Sequence record: OQ378934.1
Source of the DNA: Escherichia phage LH2
Direction: 5' to 3' (one strand)
Length of the DNA stretch: 64,000 nucleotides
The position numbers were made by a program, and so were the translations under genes. A model generated the notes under the pieces. That model did no database searches. It had not been told where the DNA came from and saw only the letters and a program-made list of their open reading frames with translations. Numbering within the stretch: position 1 is the first letter of the stretch; every line of letters starts with the position of its first letter. Below, one piece after another: positions 29,389 through 41,100 of this stretch.

Positions 29389-30981
29389 ATGTGGTTAACT
29401 AAGAATAACGCTATGTTTGATAATATATACAAAAACGGAAAGTTTCTTCCATTTGGAGAAGAAAAACTTAAATCTAGACTAACAGAAGAAGATAAAGCTC
29501 TTCTAACTGATGGAATAGATTTTAAGCTCAATGTGTTCCAAATTATGGAAGGCATTGACATTAACGATCTAAAATGTGCAGTTTGTGGAAATTTCATTTC
29601 TCTGAAAACAGCAAAGAAACGTGTATTTCCAGCAACATGTAGTAAATCCTGCGCAGGGATATTTTTCGCGGATAAGAGAATTCAAAGCCGTGATACAAAT
29701 TTTGGCGGAAAAGAAAAATATAAAAAATATTTGTCTGAACTTCAACACAAAAATTCTTTAGAAAAATATGGAACAACTCATCAAAAAATTTCAAGAAATA
29801 AAAATAGAAAAACTTTAATTGAACGATATGGGGTAACGCATAATTCACAATTAGAAAGTGTGAAAGAAGCGAGAAAAGTTATAGAAAACGGTAAATCAGT
29901 TGATATTCTGCATTCTAGAAAATCTCGCGAAAAATCTAAGAAGACTAAATTAAATTGGACTAAAGAATATAAGGCATCGTTATATTCATCTATAGGAAAA
30001 TCTATTAAAAATAACGGTCATATTAATCATGATATACTAGATAAAATCAATTACAAAATTTCTATAGAAGAACTACAACAATTAGCAAATTGTTCTCGGA
30101 TGACGGCTTATAGAGCTCTTTCATCCAAAGGACTAATTGACGTTCATTATACTCAAAGTTCTATAGAGCAGTTCATTTTAGATCTAGGATTTGATTGCGT
30201 AGAAACTAGAAAAATTATTCCTCCGTATGAATTAGATATTTACATTCCTGAGAAAAAATTGGCTATAGAATACGATGGAATTTATTGGCATTCTAGCGGG
30301 TCAAAGGAAACAGATAAAATTAAAGAAACTTATCATTTGATGAAGACAGAGATGTGTGAAGCACAAGGAATTCAATTACTTCACATCTTCGAAAATGAAT
30401 GGATTGATGATACAAAAAGAGAGATCTGGAAATCCATTATAAAGCATAAATTAGGATTATCAGAAAGAATACCAGCCCGAAAATGCAAAGCACGGTTTGT
30501 TAATAAGGATGAGGCAAAAGAATTTATTAATAAGAATCATCTTCAAGGATTTTGCTCAGGAGCTCATACGTATAAAGGACTTTATTACAATAATGAGTTA
30601 GTTCAAATTATTTCTATCGGTAAATCTAGATATAGCTCAGGTGATGAACTTTTAAGGATGTGTTCAAAATTAGGGGTTTGTGTTGTAGGAGGAGCCTCAA
30701 AATTATTAAAAGGAATTAATTGTCTATCTTATGGCAATCGAAGATGGTGCAGTACATTATCAAATGTTTATGACTCTGTCATGGAATTTAGTCATATCTC
30801 TGAGCCATGTTATTGGTACGTCGATAAAGGAGAGGTATTTCACCGCTCAAGCTATATGAAACATAAGCTTAAAAACAAGCTTAAAAATTATGATGATACA
30901 ATAACTGAAGTAGAAAATTGTTATGCAAATGGTCTTAGAAGAATCTGGGACTGTGGAAATTTAGTTTACAGGACAAAATAA
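29389..30981 (+). CDS. putative free-standing homing endonuclease with Vsr-like PD-(D/E)xK nuclease motif (530 aa)
   Basis: Large AT-rich ORF filling the nrdA-nrdB gap; N-terminal Cys cluster (CAVCGNF…CSKSC), internal KYGTTH/RYGVTH repeats, and a central motif ELDIYIPEKKLAIEYDGIYWHS resembling the Vsr/DUF559 FxDGxxWH endonuclease signature. Confidence 0.55.
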   Translation: MWLTKNNAMFDNIYKNGKFLPFGEEKLKSRLTEEDKALLTDGIDFKLNVFQIMEGIDINDLKCAVCGNFISLKTAKKRVFPATCSKSCAGIFFADKRIQSRDTNFGGKEKYKKYLSELQHKNSLEKYGTTHQKISRNKNRKTLIERYGVTHNSQLESVKEARKVIENGKSVDILHSRKSREKSKKTKLNWTKEYKASLYSSIGKSIKNNGHINHDILDKINYKISIEELQQLANCSRMTAYRALSSKGLIDVHYTQSSIEQFILDLGFDCVETRKIIPPYELDIYIPEKKLAIEYDGIYWHSSGSKETDKIKETYHLMKTEMCEAQGIQLLHIFENEWIDDTKREIWKSIIKHKLGLSERIPARKCKARFVNKDEAKEFINKNHLQGFCSGAHTYKGLYYNNELVQIISIGKSRYSSGDELLRMCSKLGVCVVGGASKLLKGINCLSYGNRRWCSTLSNVYDSVMEFSHISEPCYWYVDKGEVFHRSSYMKHKLKNKLKNYDDTITEVENCYANGLRRIWDCGNLVYRTK

Positions 30982-31656
30982 TGAGTACAGTTTTTAATAC
31001 TAAACAGGTCGATGTTTTAAAAGAACCTATGTTTTTTGGTTCAGGTCTTGGTATTGCGCGTTATGATATTCAACGGCATCGAGTATTTGAAGAACTTATT
31101 GAACGTTCGCTCTCGTTTTTCTGGCGTCCGGAAGAAGTAAACTTGATGATGGATGCTGCACAGTTTAATAAGCTTCCTCAGTATCAACAAAATATTTTTA
31201 CTAATAATCTGAAGTATCAATCATTACTTGATAGTATTCAAGGTCGTGCGCCGTCTGCTGTACTTATGCCATTGCTTTCAGACCCAAGCCTTGATACATG
31301 GGTTGCTACATGGACTTTTAGTGAAACTATTCACAGTCGTTCATATACTCATATCATGCGAAATCTTTATACTGATCCGTCAAAGGTATTTGATGAGATT
31401 GTATTAGATGAAGCTATTATGAAACGCGCTGAATCCATTGGGCGTTATTATGATGATGTTCTGATTAAAACCCGTGAATGGGAAAATGCTAAAGAATTTG
31501 TAGAACTAGCTAAAGAATCTCCTGATGCCGACTTTCGTTTAAACCGAGCTATTAAACAAGAAGCCGAAGCTAAACGTGCTTTAATGAAATCTCTTTATCT
31601 CTGTTTGCACGTTATTAATGCCTTAGAAGCTATTCGTTTTTATGTATCTTTTGCGT
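30981..31656 (+). CDS. nrdB: ribonucleotide reductase small subunit NrdB, exon 1
   Basis: MSTVFNTKQVDVLKEPMFFGSGLGIARYD… to …EAIRFYVSFA; the frame is interrupted by a stop that is removed once the intron is excised. Confidence 0.9.
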
Positions 31657-32247
31657 AAAATGCGCCTTTAAACGGTAACGTTTATCGAAAACTCCTTTAA
31701 TTGCTGGAAAGTCCTTTATAGGAAAACTAGCAGCCAAGGTTTTGCTTGCACCTTTAATTAGTATAATATGATTATACTTTTAAGAGGATGCACAATTGAA
31801 CTATAGAAAAATTTGGATAGATGCTAACGGACCTACCTAAAGATTCTGATGGAAGACCATAAGAAAAGAACATCAGCAAAAACATTAGAAATGGTTAAGA
31901 ATGGGACCCATCCTGCACAAAAAGAAATCACATGTGATTTCTGCGGTCACATTGGTAAAGGTCCTGGATTTTATCTAAAACATAATGACAGATGTAAATT
32001 AAATCCAAATAGAATTCAATTGAATTGTCCATATTGTGATAAGAAAGATTTATCACCATCAACATATAAACGATGGCACGGCGACAATTGCAAAACAAGG
32101 TTCAACGACTAGTCTTCGGACGTAGGGTCAAGCGACTCGAAATGGGGAGAATCCCTCCGGGATTGTGATATAGTCTGGACTGCATGGTAACATGCAGCAG
32201 TTCATAAGAGAACGGGTTGAGAATTAGCGAGCTCAATCGAACATACG
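31657..32247 (+). mobile_element. nrdB group I intron (591 nt) with decayed homing endonuclease ORF
   Basis: Exon 1 ends in T and the intron ends in G (…acatacG|gtacc…), restoring codon TGT and the conserved NrdB junction FAC-TFNFH; size is close to the T4 nrdB intron. Confidence 0.8.
31849..32112 (+). pseudogene. I-TevIII-like endonuclease remnant (87-aa zinc-finger C-terminal fragment)
   Basis: Intron-internal ORF with CxxC…CxxC zinc-finger (CDFCGH…CPYCDKKD) but no HNH catalytic domain; consistent with a deleted I-TevIII. Confidence 0.55.
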
Positions 32248-32750
32248 GTACCTTTAACTTCCACAAAAACATGGAAATCATGGAAGGTAATGCCAAGATT
32301 ATGAAGTTCATTGCTCGTGATGAGCAGCTTCACCTTAAAGGCACTCAATATATTATTCGTCAACTTCAATCCGGTACTGATGGCGATGAATGGGTTAAAA
32401 TTGCTCAAGAGTGTGAACAAGAAGCAGTTGATATTTTCATGGAAGTTAACCGCCAAGAAAAAGATTGGGCAGTTCATTTATTTAAAGATGGCGATGTTCC
32501 TGGATTAAATACAAATAGCATGTGGAGCTTTATTGATTACTTAACTGTATCTCGTATGAAACAGTGTGGTCTTCCATGTCCAATTACCGATGCTCCGGTT
32601 AAACATCCATATCCTTGGATTCGTGAATATCTTAATTCTGATAATGTTCAATCCGCGCCACAAGAAGTAGAACTTTCATCTTACCTTGTAGCACAGATTG
32701 ATAATGATGTTGATGATAAAGTTATGATGAGTTTTAAAAAATATTTTTAA
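32248..32750 (+). CDS. nrdB: ribonucleotide reductase small subunit NrdB, exon 2
   Basis: …TFNFHKNMEIMEGNAKIMKFIARDEQLHLKGTQ… in frame with exon 1 after splicing (392 aa total). Confidence 0.9.
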
Positions 32751-32777
32751 GGAGTGGGCCGCAAGGCCCATTTTATT

Positions 32778-34405
<1,628 letters not shown>

Positions 34406-34429
34406 CTGACATAACATGAGGACTTTATG

Positions 34430-34933
34430 ATGGATTTACAGCTTATTACTACTGAAATGGTCGTTGAAGCATACGGTGATACTACAGATGGGATTTCTGT
34501 ATTTAAAGGAAATCGTCGAGTTGGATATATCACCGATCTTAAGAAAGATTTAGCTAAGCAAGTCAAGCGGAAAACGACCATTAAAGAATATCGAAATCGT
34601 CGTCTTGAGCAAGCCCGTGATATGCTTCCTGATGCAGTTGAGGAGATGAAAGTCTTTTTAGAAAATCAGCTTGCGAAATATGATTGTGATGTGTTCATTA
34701 ATCAGACTCAACCTAATGTTCATATCAATAATTGTAAATGCTACATCATCGTTAATCCTTTGACGGGAAAACATCGTCTTGGAATTAGTAATCCAAATCG
34801 TAGCGCATCGGATATGGCAGAAGATGTTGCGGCATGCTTTAAAATTTCTAAATCTCCGGCGGAACATCATATTTTAATTAACGGTCTTTCTCAAGACGAT
34901 ATTATAGAGGTTATTAAAACTTTATGCATGTAA
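34430..34933 (+). CDS. alc: Alc (host transcription elongation inhibitor)
   Basis: 167-aa product from the MDLQLITTEMVVEAYG start (T4 Alc is 167 aa); between rnlA and pseT. Confidence 0.8.
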   Translation: MDLQLITTEMVVEAYGDTTDGISVFKGNRRVGYITDLKKDLAKQVKRKTTIKEYRNRRLEQARDMLPDAVEEMKVFLENQLAKYDCDVFINQTQPNVHINNCKCYIIVNPLTGKHRLGISNPNRSASDMAEDVAACFKISKSPAEHHILINGLSQDDIIEVIKTLCM

Positions 34934-35277
34934 GTAATTTTACAGCTGGATTGCTATTACTTGTAATAGCATTTGGCGGAACATCTATTATTTTAAAAAA
35001 TAAGGTAGAAAGATTAGAAACATCAGTTACTGAAATTACAAAAACAGCCAATGAAAACGCCTTAGCATTAAATAATTTGCGAATTCAGTATAATTATATT
35101 GATGCGATGAATAATAAAAATCGTGAGGCAATTGCTGCTATTGAGCGTGAAAATGAAAAACTGCGCAAAGATGCAAAGAAGGCGGACGTGGTGGCTCATA
35201 AGCCAGGATTGGTTGAAAAACAAATCAACAAATCCTTCAACAAGTTCGCAGAAGACATCCAGGACCTTTCTAAATGA
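34924..35277 (+). CDS. hypothetical membrane-anchored coiled-coil protein (117 aa)
   Basis: N-terminal hydrophobic helix GLLLLVIAFGGTSIIL followed by a charged, helical region. Confidence 0.5.
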   Translation: MHVSNFTAGLLLLVIAFGGTSIILKNKVERLETSVTEITKTANENALALNNLRIQYNYIDAMNNKNREAIAAIERENEKLRKDAKKADVVAHKPGLVEKQINKSFNKFAEDIQDLSK

Positions 35278-35573
35278 TTAAACTATCAGCAGTAATATTA
35301 TCTATTGGTCTTCTAGTTGGTTGTTCGACAAAGCCTCTAGAAGTAAAGAAAGAAACAGTTCATCCTAATTGGCCAGTACAAATAAAGTCATACGATGAAG
35401 CTAAACTATCTTGGCAGGTTAAAGTTATTGATGGTAAAGCTTGGGTCGGTATGCCATTCGAAGATTCTCAGGAATTTCGTATTTGGCTTAATGATGTAAA
35501 ACGATATGTACATGACCAGAAAACTATGATATGTTATTATCGTCAAGAGTTAAAAGAGGATAAATGTAAATGA
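35274..35573 (+). CDS. putative lipoprotein (99 aa)
   Basis: Signal peptide with lipobox LLVGCS (MIKLSAVILSIGLLVGCSTKP). Confidence 0.5.
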   Translation: MIKLSAVILSIGLLVGCSTKPLEVKKETVHPNWPVQIKSYDEAKLSWQVKVIDGKAWVGMPFEDSQEFRIWLNDVKRYVHDQKTMICYYRQELKEDKCK

Positions 35574-35797
35574 TTTCATGGCATCAATTTGAACATCTCA
35601 AAGGATTGATTTATGAATCCGAGATGGCTGCAATGATTTATGGACGCCAGATTCAGCGGTTAGAATCTTTACCTCCAACTAATGATGTTTTATTAGCTCA
35701 ATCACGTGCTAATCTCAAAAATGAATATCAAAATAAGTGGGGTAAAGCATCTAAAAACCTACATGATTATATTCAATCATTAGTTGAGAAAAAATAA
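35570..35797 (+). CDS. hypothetical protein (75 aa)
   Basis: ORF overlapping neighbours by 4 nt, immediately upstream of pseT. Confidence 0.5.
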   Translation: MISWHQFEHLKGLIYESEMAAMIYGRQIQRLESLPPTNDVLLAQSRANLKNEYQNKWGKASKNLHDYIQSLVEKK

Positions 35798-36702
<905 letters not shown>

Positions 36703-36703
<1 letters not shown>

Positions 36704-36900
36704 TGGCGTGGCATCATGAAACTTGGTCTATTGTTATTGTAAATAGTGGTTTAGTTGGTACTAGTAATGGGCAATTTTGTGTATTCACTAGTGAAATCAG
36801 AGCTTGGGAGGAATGCCTTAAATTAAGAGAAAAGAATCCTGATGTTGAACTAACAGTAAAGAAAACTAAACTGCCTTTACCATGGAAAACTTATGAATAA
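36703..36900 (+). CDS. hypothetical protein (65 aa)
   Basis: ATG overlapping the pseT stop (TAATG). Confidence 0.45.
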
Positions 36901-37093
36901 CATAGAAAAGATTTATCAACTTTGCGATAAAATTGAAAAAGAAAAGAAATATCTATTTTGTTTATGGCCTATTGTTGATGGAAGAATAGACTTAGATATT
37001 CTTGATTATGAAACAGAAGACATAGTAGATGGTTCAACTTTTGATAATGCGTTGGATGTTATTAATTGGCTTGAAGAAAATTATGTGGGGTGA
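36893..37093 (+). CDS. hypothetical protein (66 aa)
   Basis: ORF in pseT-cd interval. Confidence 0.45.
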   Translation: MNNIEKIYQLCDKIEKEKKYLFCLWPIVDGRIDLDILDYETEDIVDGSTFDNALDVINWLEENYVG

Positions 37094-37371
37094 ATATGTT
37101 TCCGACTTATTCTAAAATCGTAGAAGTAGTGTTTAGCCAAATTATCGCTAATAATATGTTTGAAAAGCTTGATAACGCAGCCGAGCTTCGAATTCATGCT
37201 CAAGTGACTCATGTATTGAACACTTTGCTTCCAGACCAGGTGGATTCTATTGCCATTACGCTGTATCCAGGTTCCGCGCATATCATTGTCGTATTTGGTC
37301 TTGATGCTGAGCTAGTCATCAAAGGCGATATTCGTTTTGAATCGCAGACATCAGAATTCAAAGCAATTTAA
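37090..37371 (+). CDS. hypothetical protein (93 aa)
   Basis: ORF in pseT-cd interval. Confidence 0.45.
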   Translation: MNMFPTYSKIVEVVFSQIIANNMFEKLDNAAELRIHAQVTHVLNTLLPDQVDSIAITLYPGSAHIIVVFGLDAELVIKGDIRFESQTSEFKAI

Positions 37372-37410
37372 TAGTTTACTTTACGGTAGAGTTGTGATAT
37401 TATAGCTCTA
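37350..37410 (+). promoter_or_regulatory. T4-type early promoter (GTTTAC 37375-37380, -10 tattat near 37398-37404)
   Basis: atagTTTACtttacggtagagttgtgaTATTATagctctacc upstream of the ORF at 37434. Confidence 0.55.
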
Positions 37411-37433
37411 CCAAAACAAACGAGGAAATTGAA

Positions 37434-37961
37434 ATGAGCGAATGGTTTGAAGAAGATAAGGTTTATCGCTTTAAAACTGGGTATAAAGATATTTTTAATG
37501 AAACTTGCGGGGCTAATAAACGAATTGCCCAGTTTATTGGGGAAAATTCATTTAAAGTAAAAATTGACCCTGCAAAGAATGTTATTAGCATTAAACGCGA
37601 AATTGATGACTGCTGGTATAAAGCTGTTGATGTAATGGGCGAATCTTATAAAGTTAGCCCGTTATTTTCAATTGCTTATATGTCAGAATATTCTTTTTTC
37701 GAAGAAGTTCAAAAAGATGATTCTGTCAGTAAATTTGAAATTAAAACTGATAAAGAAATTAAGTGGAAAGTAGTAGGTATTACTGGTTGTATGTTTTATA
37801 TCTATGCTCAAACTGATACGAAGGAAGAAGCTAAAAAGAAAGCTCTAGAATATCTTGAAGAGTATGAAGAAGGCCCGGTAATGATTACTCAAGATGCTGA
37901 ATTAGTTTCTGTCAAATTAGTTAAAAACGTTGAAAGTAAGGAGCTGGGATCAACATGCTAA
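37434..37961 (+). CDS. hypothetical protein (175 aa)
   Basis: ORF with gagga RBS in pseT-cd interval. Confidence 0.5.
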   Translation: MSEWFEEDKVYRFKTGYKDIFNETCGANKRIAQFIGENSFKVKIDPAKNVISIKREIDDCWYKAVDVMGESYKVSPLFSIAYMSEYSFFEEVQKDDSVSKFEIKTDKEIKWKVVGITGCMFYIYAQTDTKEEAKKKALEYLEEYEEGPVMITQDAELVSVKLVKNVESKELGSTC

Positions 37962-38191
37962 GTGAAAAACCAATTACTGTTAAAGAATTCCAAGAAAAAG
38001 TTAAACTATTTGCACAGGAATTAGTAAATAAGGTTTCTGAACGATTTCCTGAAACATCGGTTCGTGTTATTACCGAAACTCCTCGTTCAGTATTAGTAAT
38101 TGTGAATCCAGGTGATGGCGATCAAATAACGCATCTTAAACTGGATTTTGATGGATTAGTTGAAGCACAAAGGGTGTATGGCGTACTATGA
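37955..38191 (+). CDS. hypothetical protein (78 aa)
   Basis: ORF in pseT-cd interval. Confidence 0.45.
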   Translation: MLSEKPITVKEFQEKVKLFAQELVNKVSERFPETSVRVITETPRSVLVIVNPGDGDQITHLKLDFDGLVEAQRVYGVL

Positions 38192-38526
38192 TGAATTTAA
38201 CTGATATAATTGATAATTGTCTTGAAAATGATACTGGTGATCATAGAGCGCTTGACTCTGAAACAGCAAAGTTCATTAGAATAACTTTAATGAATGACAC
38301 TCTAGTGAATAGTATTCATCCTTCTGTGTATGATGCTATTATTGTGACGAAGTATCCAGTTGAGCTTCACAAAAAGATGACTGGCGCAGTTTTTATTGAT
38401 AAGAAAAACCGCTTTAAAGATGGGCAGAATATAATTAGTTCTGTTATTAAAAGTATAACTAAACTTCGTCACGAAATTTATCGTGTTGAAACTGCTAAAT
38501 CTGCTTATCTGGTGATTATGAAATGA
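38188..38526 (+). CDS. hypothetical protein (112 aa)
   Basis: ORF in pseT-cd interval. Confidence 0.45.
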   Translation: MMNLTDIIDNCLENDTGDHRALDSETAKFIRITLMNDTLVNSIHPSVYDAIIVTKYPVELHKKMTGAVFIDKKNRFKDGQNIISSVIKSITKLRHEIYRVETAKSAYLVIMK

Positions 38527-39104
38527 AAGCGAGTACAGTACTTCAAATTGCATATTTAGTATCGCAGGAATCAAAATGTTGCTCCTGGAAGGTAGGAGCA
38601 GTAATTGAAAAGAATGGACGTATTATTTCTACTGGGTATAATGGTTCCCCCGCAGGGGGTGTGAACTGTTGTGATTATGCTGCTGAGCAAGGTTGGTTGT
38701 TGAATAAGCCTAAACATACTATCATTCAAGGTCATAAGCCTGAATGCGTATCATTTGGTTTAACTGATCGTTTTGTCTTGGCGAAAGAACATCGTAGTGC
38801 TCACTCGGAATGGTCATCTAAAAATGAAATTCATGCTGAACTAAATGCAATTTTGTTTGCTGCACGAAATGGTTCTTCTATTGAAGGTGCTACTATGTAT
38901 GTAACACTTTCTCCTTGTCCGGATTGCGCAAAAGCGATAGCTCAATCTGGTATTAAAAAGCTAGTTTATTGTGAAACATATGATAAAAATAAACCTGGCT
39001 GGGATGATATTCTGCGAAATGCAGGTATTGAAGTGTTTAATGTTCCTAAGAAAAACTTGAATAAGTTAAACTGGGAAAATATCAACGAATTCTGTGGTGA
39101 ATAA
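38523..39104 (+). CDS. cd: dCMP deaminase
   Basis: 193-aa ORF (T4 Cd is 193 aa) with zinc-binding deaminase motifs HAELNA and SPCPDCAKAI. Confidence 0.95.
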   Translation: MKASTVLQIAYLVSQESKCCSWKVGAVIEKNGRIISTGYNGSPAGGVNCCDYAAEQGWLLNKPKHTIIQGHKPECVSFGLTDRFVLAKEHRSAHSEWSSKNEIHAELNAILFAARNGSSIEGATMYVTLSPCPDCAKAIAQSGIKKLVYCETYDKNKPGWDDILRNAGIEVFNVPKKNLNKLNWENINEFCGE

Positions 39105-39340
39105 TGAAATTTCGTTTGGTACAACTCACAGCAATTAGTTCTTATTCTAATGAGAACATTTCATTTGCTGTAGAGTATAAGAAATATTTTTTCTCTAAAT
39201 GGAAACAGTATTATAAGTCAGAATGGGTTTGTATTGATAGGCCGTATAGTTGGAAATCTGATTTAGAAAAATGCCAAAAGTTGCTTTCCACTCTTAAAGA
39301 ACGTGGAACAACTCATATTAAAACTGTAATAGGTAAATAA
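39104..39340 (+). CDS. hypothetical protein (78 aa)
   Basis: ORF between cd and gene 31. Confidence 0.45.
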   Translation: MKFRLVQLTAISSYSNENISFAVEYKKYFFSKWKQYYKSEWVCIDRPYSWKSDLEKCQKLLSTLKERGTTHIKTVIGK

Positions 39341-39649
39341 ATGAAACTGACGACTGAGCAAAAAGTAGCAATTCGTGAAATTTTGAAAACTAAATTGTCC
39401 ATGGGTATTTCAAACGTGGTTTTTGAAAAGTCTGATGGTACTATTCGTACTATGAAAGGCACCCGTGATGCTGACTTTATGCCAACTATGCAAACCGGTA
39501 AATTGACTGAATCTACTCGGAAAGAATCTACTGATATGATTCCGATATTTGATGTTGAACTCGGTGCATGGCGAGGTTTTTCTATTGACAAATTGATTTC
39601 CGTTAATGGCATGAAAGTTGAGCATTTGCTTCAATTTATTGGTAAATAA
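39341..39649 (+). CDS. hypothetical protein (102 aa)
   Basis: ORF between cd and gene 31. Confidence 0.45.
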   Translation: MKLTTEQKVAIREILKTKLSMGISNVVFEKSDGTIRTMKGTRDADFMPTMQTGKLTESTRKESTDMIPIFDVELGAWRGFSIDKLISVNGMKVEHLLQFIGK

Positions 39650-39652
39650 ATG

Positions 39653-39685
39653 CTTTAAGAATTATTTGTTATTATTAATTCATCT
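39653..39685 (+). promoter_or_regulatory. candidate middle promoter for gene 31 (MotA box TGCTTTA)
   Basis: aaaTGCTTTAagaattatttgttattattaat: MotA-box-like element followed about 12 nt later by an A/T-rich -10. Confidence 0.4.
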
Positions 39686-39705
39686 GTTAACAAAAAGGAA
39701 AAACG

Positions 39706-40041
39706 ATGTCTGAAGTACAACAGCTACCAATTCGTGCTGTCGGTGAATATGTTATTTTAGTTTCTGAACCTGCGCAAGCCGGTGATGAAGAAGTTACAGA
39801 ATCAGGACTTATTATTGGTAAACGTGTCCAAGGTGAAGTTCCTGAACTGTGTGTAGTTCACTCTGTTGGTCCTGATGTTCCTGAAGGTTTCTGCGAAGTT
39901 GGTGATTTGACTTCTCTTCCAGTTGGTCAAATTCGAAACGTTCCTCATCCTTTTGTAGCTCTGGGTCTTAAGCAGCCAAAAGAAATTAAACAAAAATTCG
40001 TAACCTGTCACTATAAAGCTATTCCGTGTCTTTATAAGTGA
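39706..40041 (+). CDS. 31: co-chaperonin gp31 (GroES analogue)
   Basis: 111-aa ORF (T4 gp31 is 111 aa) next to rIII. Confidence 0.9.
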
Positions 40042-40188
40042 TATAAATAATAATATGAATTGGGTGTCGGAATAATAAGTTAACCGAACAATTCTATGTG
40101 GTAGTCTACAACTGAGAGATCTGTCGAAAGAAGATGAAATTCAGAAGAACGTGACTACCGAGTTTTAATCTCTAACGAGAATTTTTAA

Positions 40189-40437
40189 ATGATTAAACAA
40201 TTACAACACGCTCTTGAACTGCAACGAAACGCATGGAATAATGGTCACGAAAACTATGGCGCATCTATTGATGTTGAAGCCGAAGCTCTTGAAATCCTGC
40301 GTTATTTCAAACATCTGAATCCTGCTCAAACTGCATTAGCCGCTGAGCTTCAGGAAAAAGATGAACTTAAATATGCTAAGCCTCTGGCTTCTGCCGCACG
40401 AAAAGCAGTTCGTCACTTTGTGGTAACACTGAAGTAA
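40189..40437 (+). CDS. rIII: lysis inhibition accessory protein RIII
   Basis: 82-aa ORF (T4 RIII is 82 aa) downstream of gene 31. Confidence 0.8.
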   Translation: MIKQLQHALELQRNAWNNGHENYGASIDVEAEALEILRYFKHLNPAQTALAAELQEKDELKYAKPLASAARKAVRHFVVTLK

Positions 40438-40835
40438 TTTATTGGAGAGTCACTGCCTTAGTGTGAAGTTAAAACGAGGAGCCGTCGAACTGTCTGATTA
40501 ATGATTTGCGAATCATTATAGTTTTAAGACCCCGGCAGTTTTACGGTGTACCTCTTGAATGTTATTCTTATAGCGGCAAGTGCATGCTACCCCGAGGTGA
40601 TGGCTAATCGGGAGTACGCCTCAAGGCCTATATATCCATCAGTATATATCTTATCCTCGAGAAATCGGACCCGGAACCTTTAAGCTAACGGTGTGCAACA
40701 GATAAGAGCTATAAGGTATGATGACGGGTTTATGGTTATCCTGGTCGTTAAATATTCAAAAACCTATGTTCCCCTTGAGGGCTTGCGCAGGCAATGCCAA
40801 TAAGTCCTGCATTTTCATTTAAAAGAGAATTTATA

Positions 40836-41012
40836 ATGGCAAAACAAGCTAAAGCAAAGAAAGCAGTTGAAAAGAAAGTTGGTGATTCTAAACGCGCTGG
40901 TTACAAGCGTGGGTCGAACTCTCGTATCAATCAAACTGTTGAGAAGATCATGCGCCGAGCACGTGCGGTTCTTCGAGATGATGCTTCTCGTTTTGGTAAG
41001 CAGAAAGCATAA
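40836..41012 (+). CDS. small highly basic protein (58 aa)
   Basis: MAKQAKAKKAVEKKVGDSKRAGYKRGSNSRINQTVEKIMRRARAVLRDDASRFGKQKA; strongly Lys/Arg-rich; followed by a strong terminator. Confidence 0.45.
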   Translation: MAKQAKAKKAVEKKVGDSKRAGYKRGSNSRINQTVEKIMRRARAVLRDDASRFGKQKA

Positions 41013-41017
41013 GTTAA

Positions 41018-41046
41018 GGACTCCTTCGGGAGTCCTTTTTTATTTT
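41018..41046 (+). terminator. rho-independent terminator (ggactccttcgggagtcc plus T-run)
   Basis: GC-rich hairpin followed by tttttatttt. Confidence 0.8.
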
Positions 41047-41100
41047 CCAAAGATTGCACAAAGTTGTTTACAGTATGGTTCCTTTGTGATAGTATTATCT
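41041..41100 (+). promoter_or_regulatory. T4-type early promoter (GTTTAC 41066-41071, TAGTAT -10 at 41090-41095)
   Basis: aagttGTTTACagtatggttcctttgtgaTAGTATtatcttacacaaacaaaggag. Confidence 0.6.

Noticed and set aside
32217-32247. Treating ORF 32217-32750 as an independent gene starting at TTG
   Set aside because: Its first 10 codons are the 3' end of the nrdB intron; the downstream part is nrdB exon 2, joined to exon 1 by splicing.
40438-40835. tRNA gene in the ORF-free region
   Set aside because: No T-loop (GGTTCGAATCC-like) or cloverleaf-compatible arrangement was found on either strand; the T4 tRNA cluster lies elsewhere in the genome.
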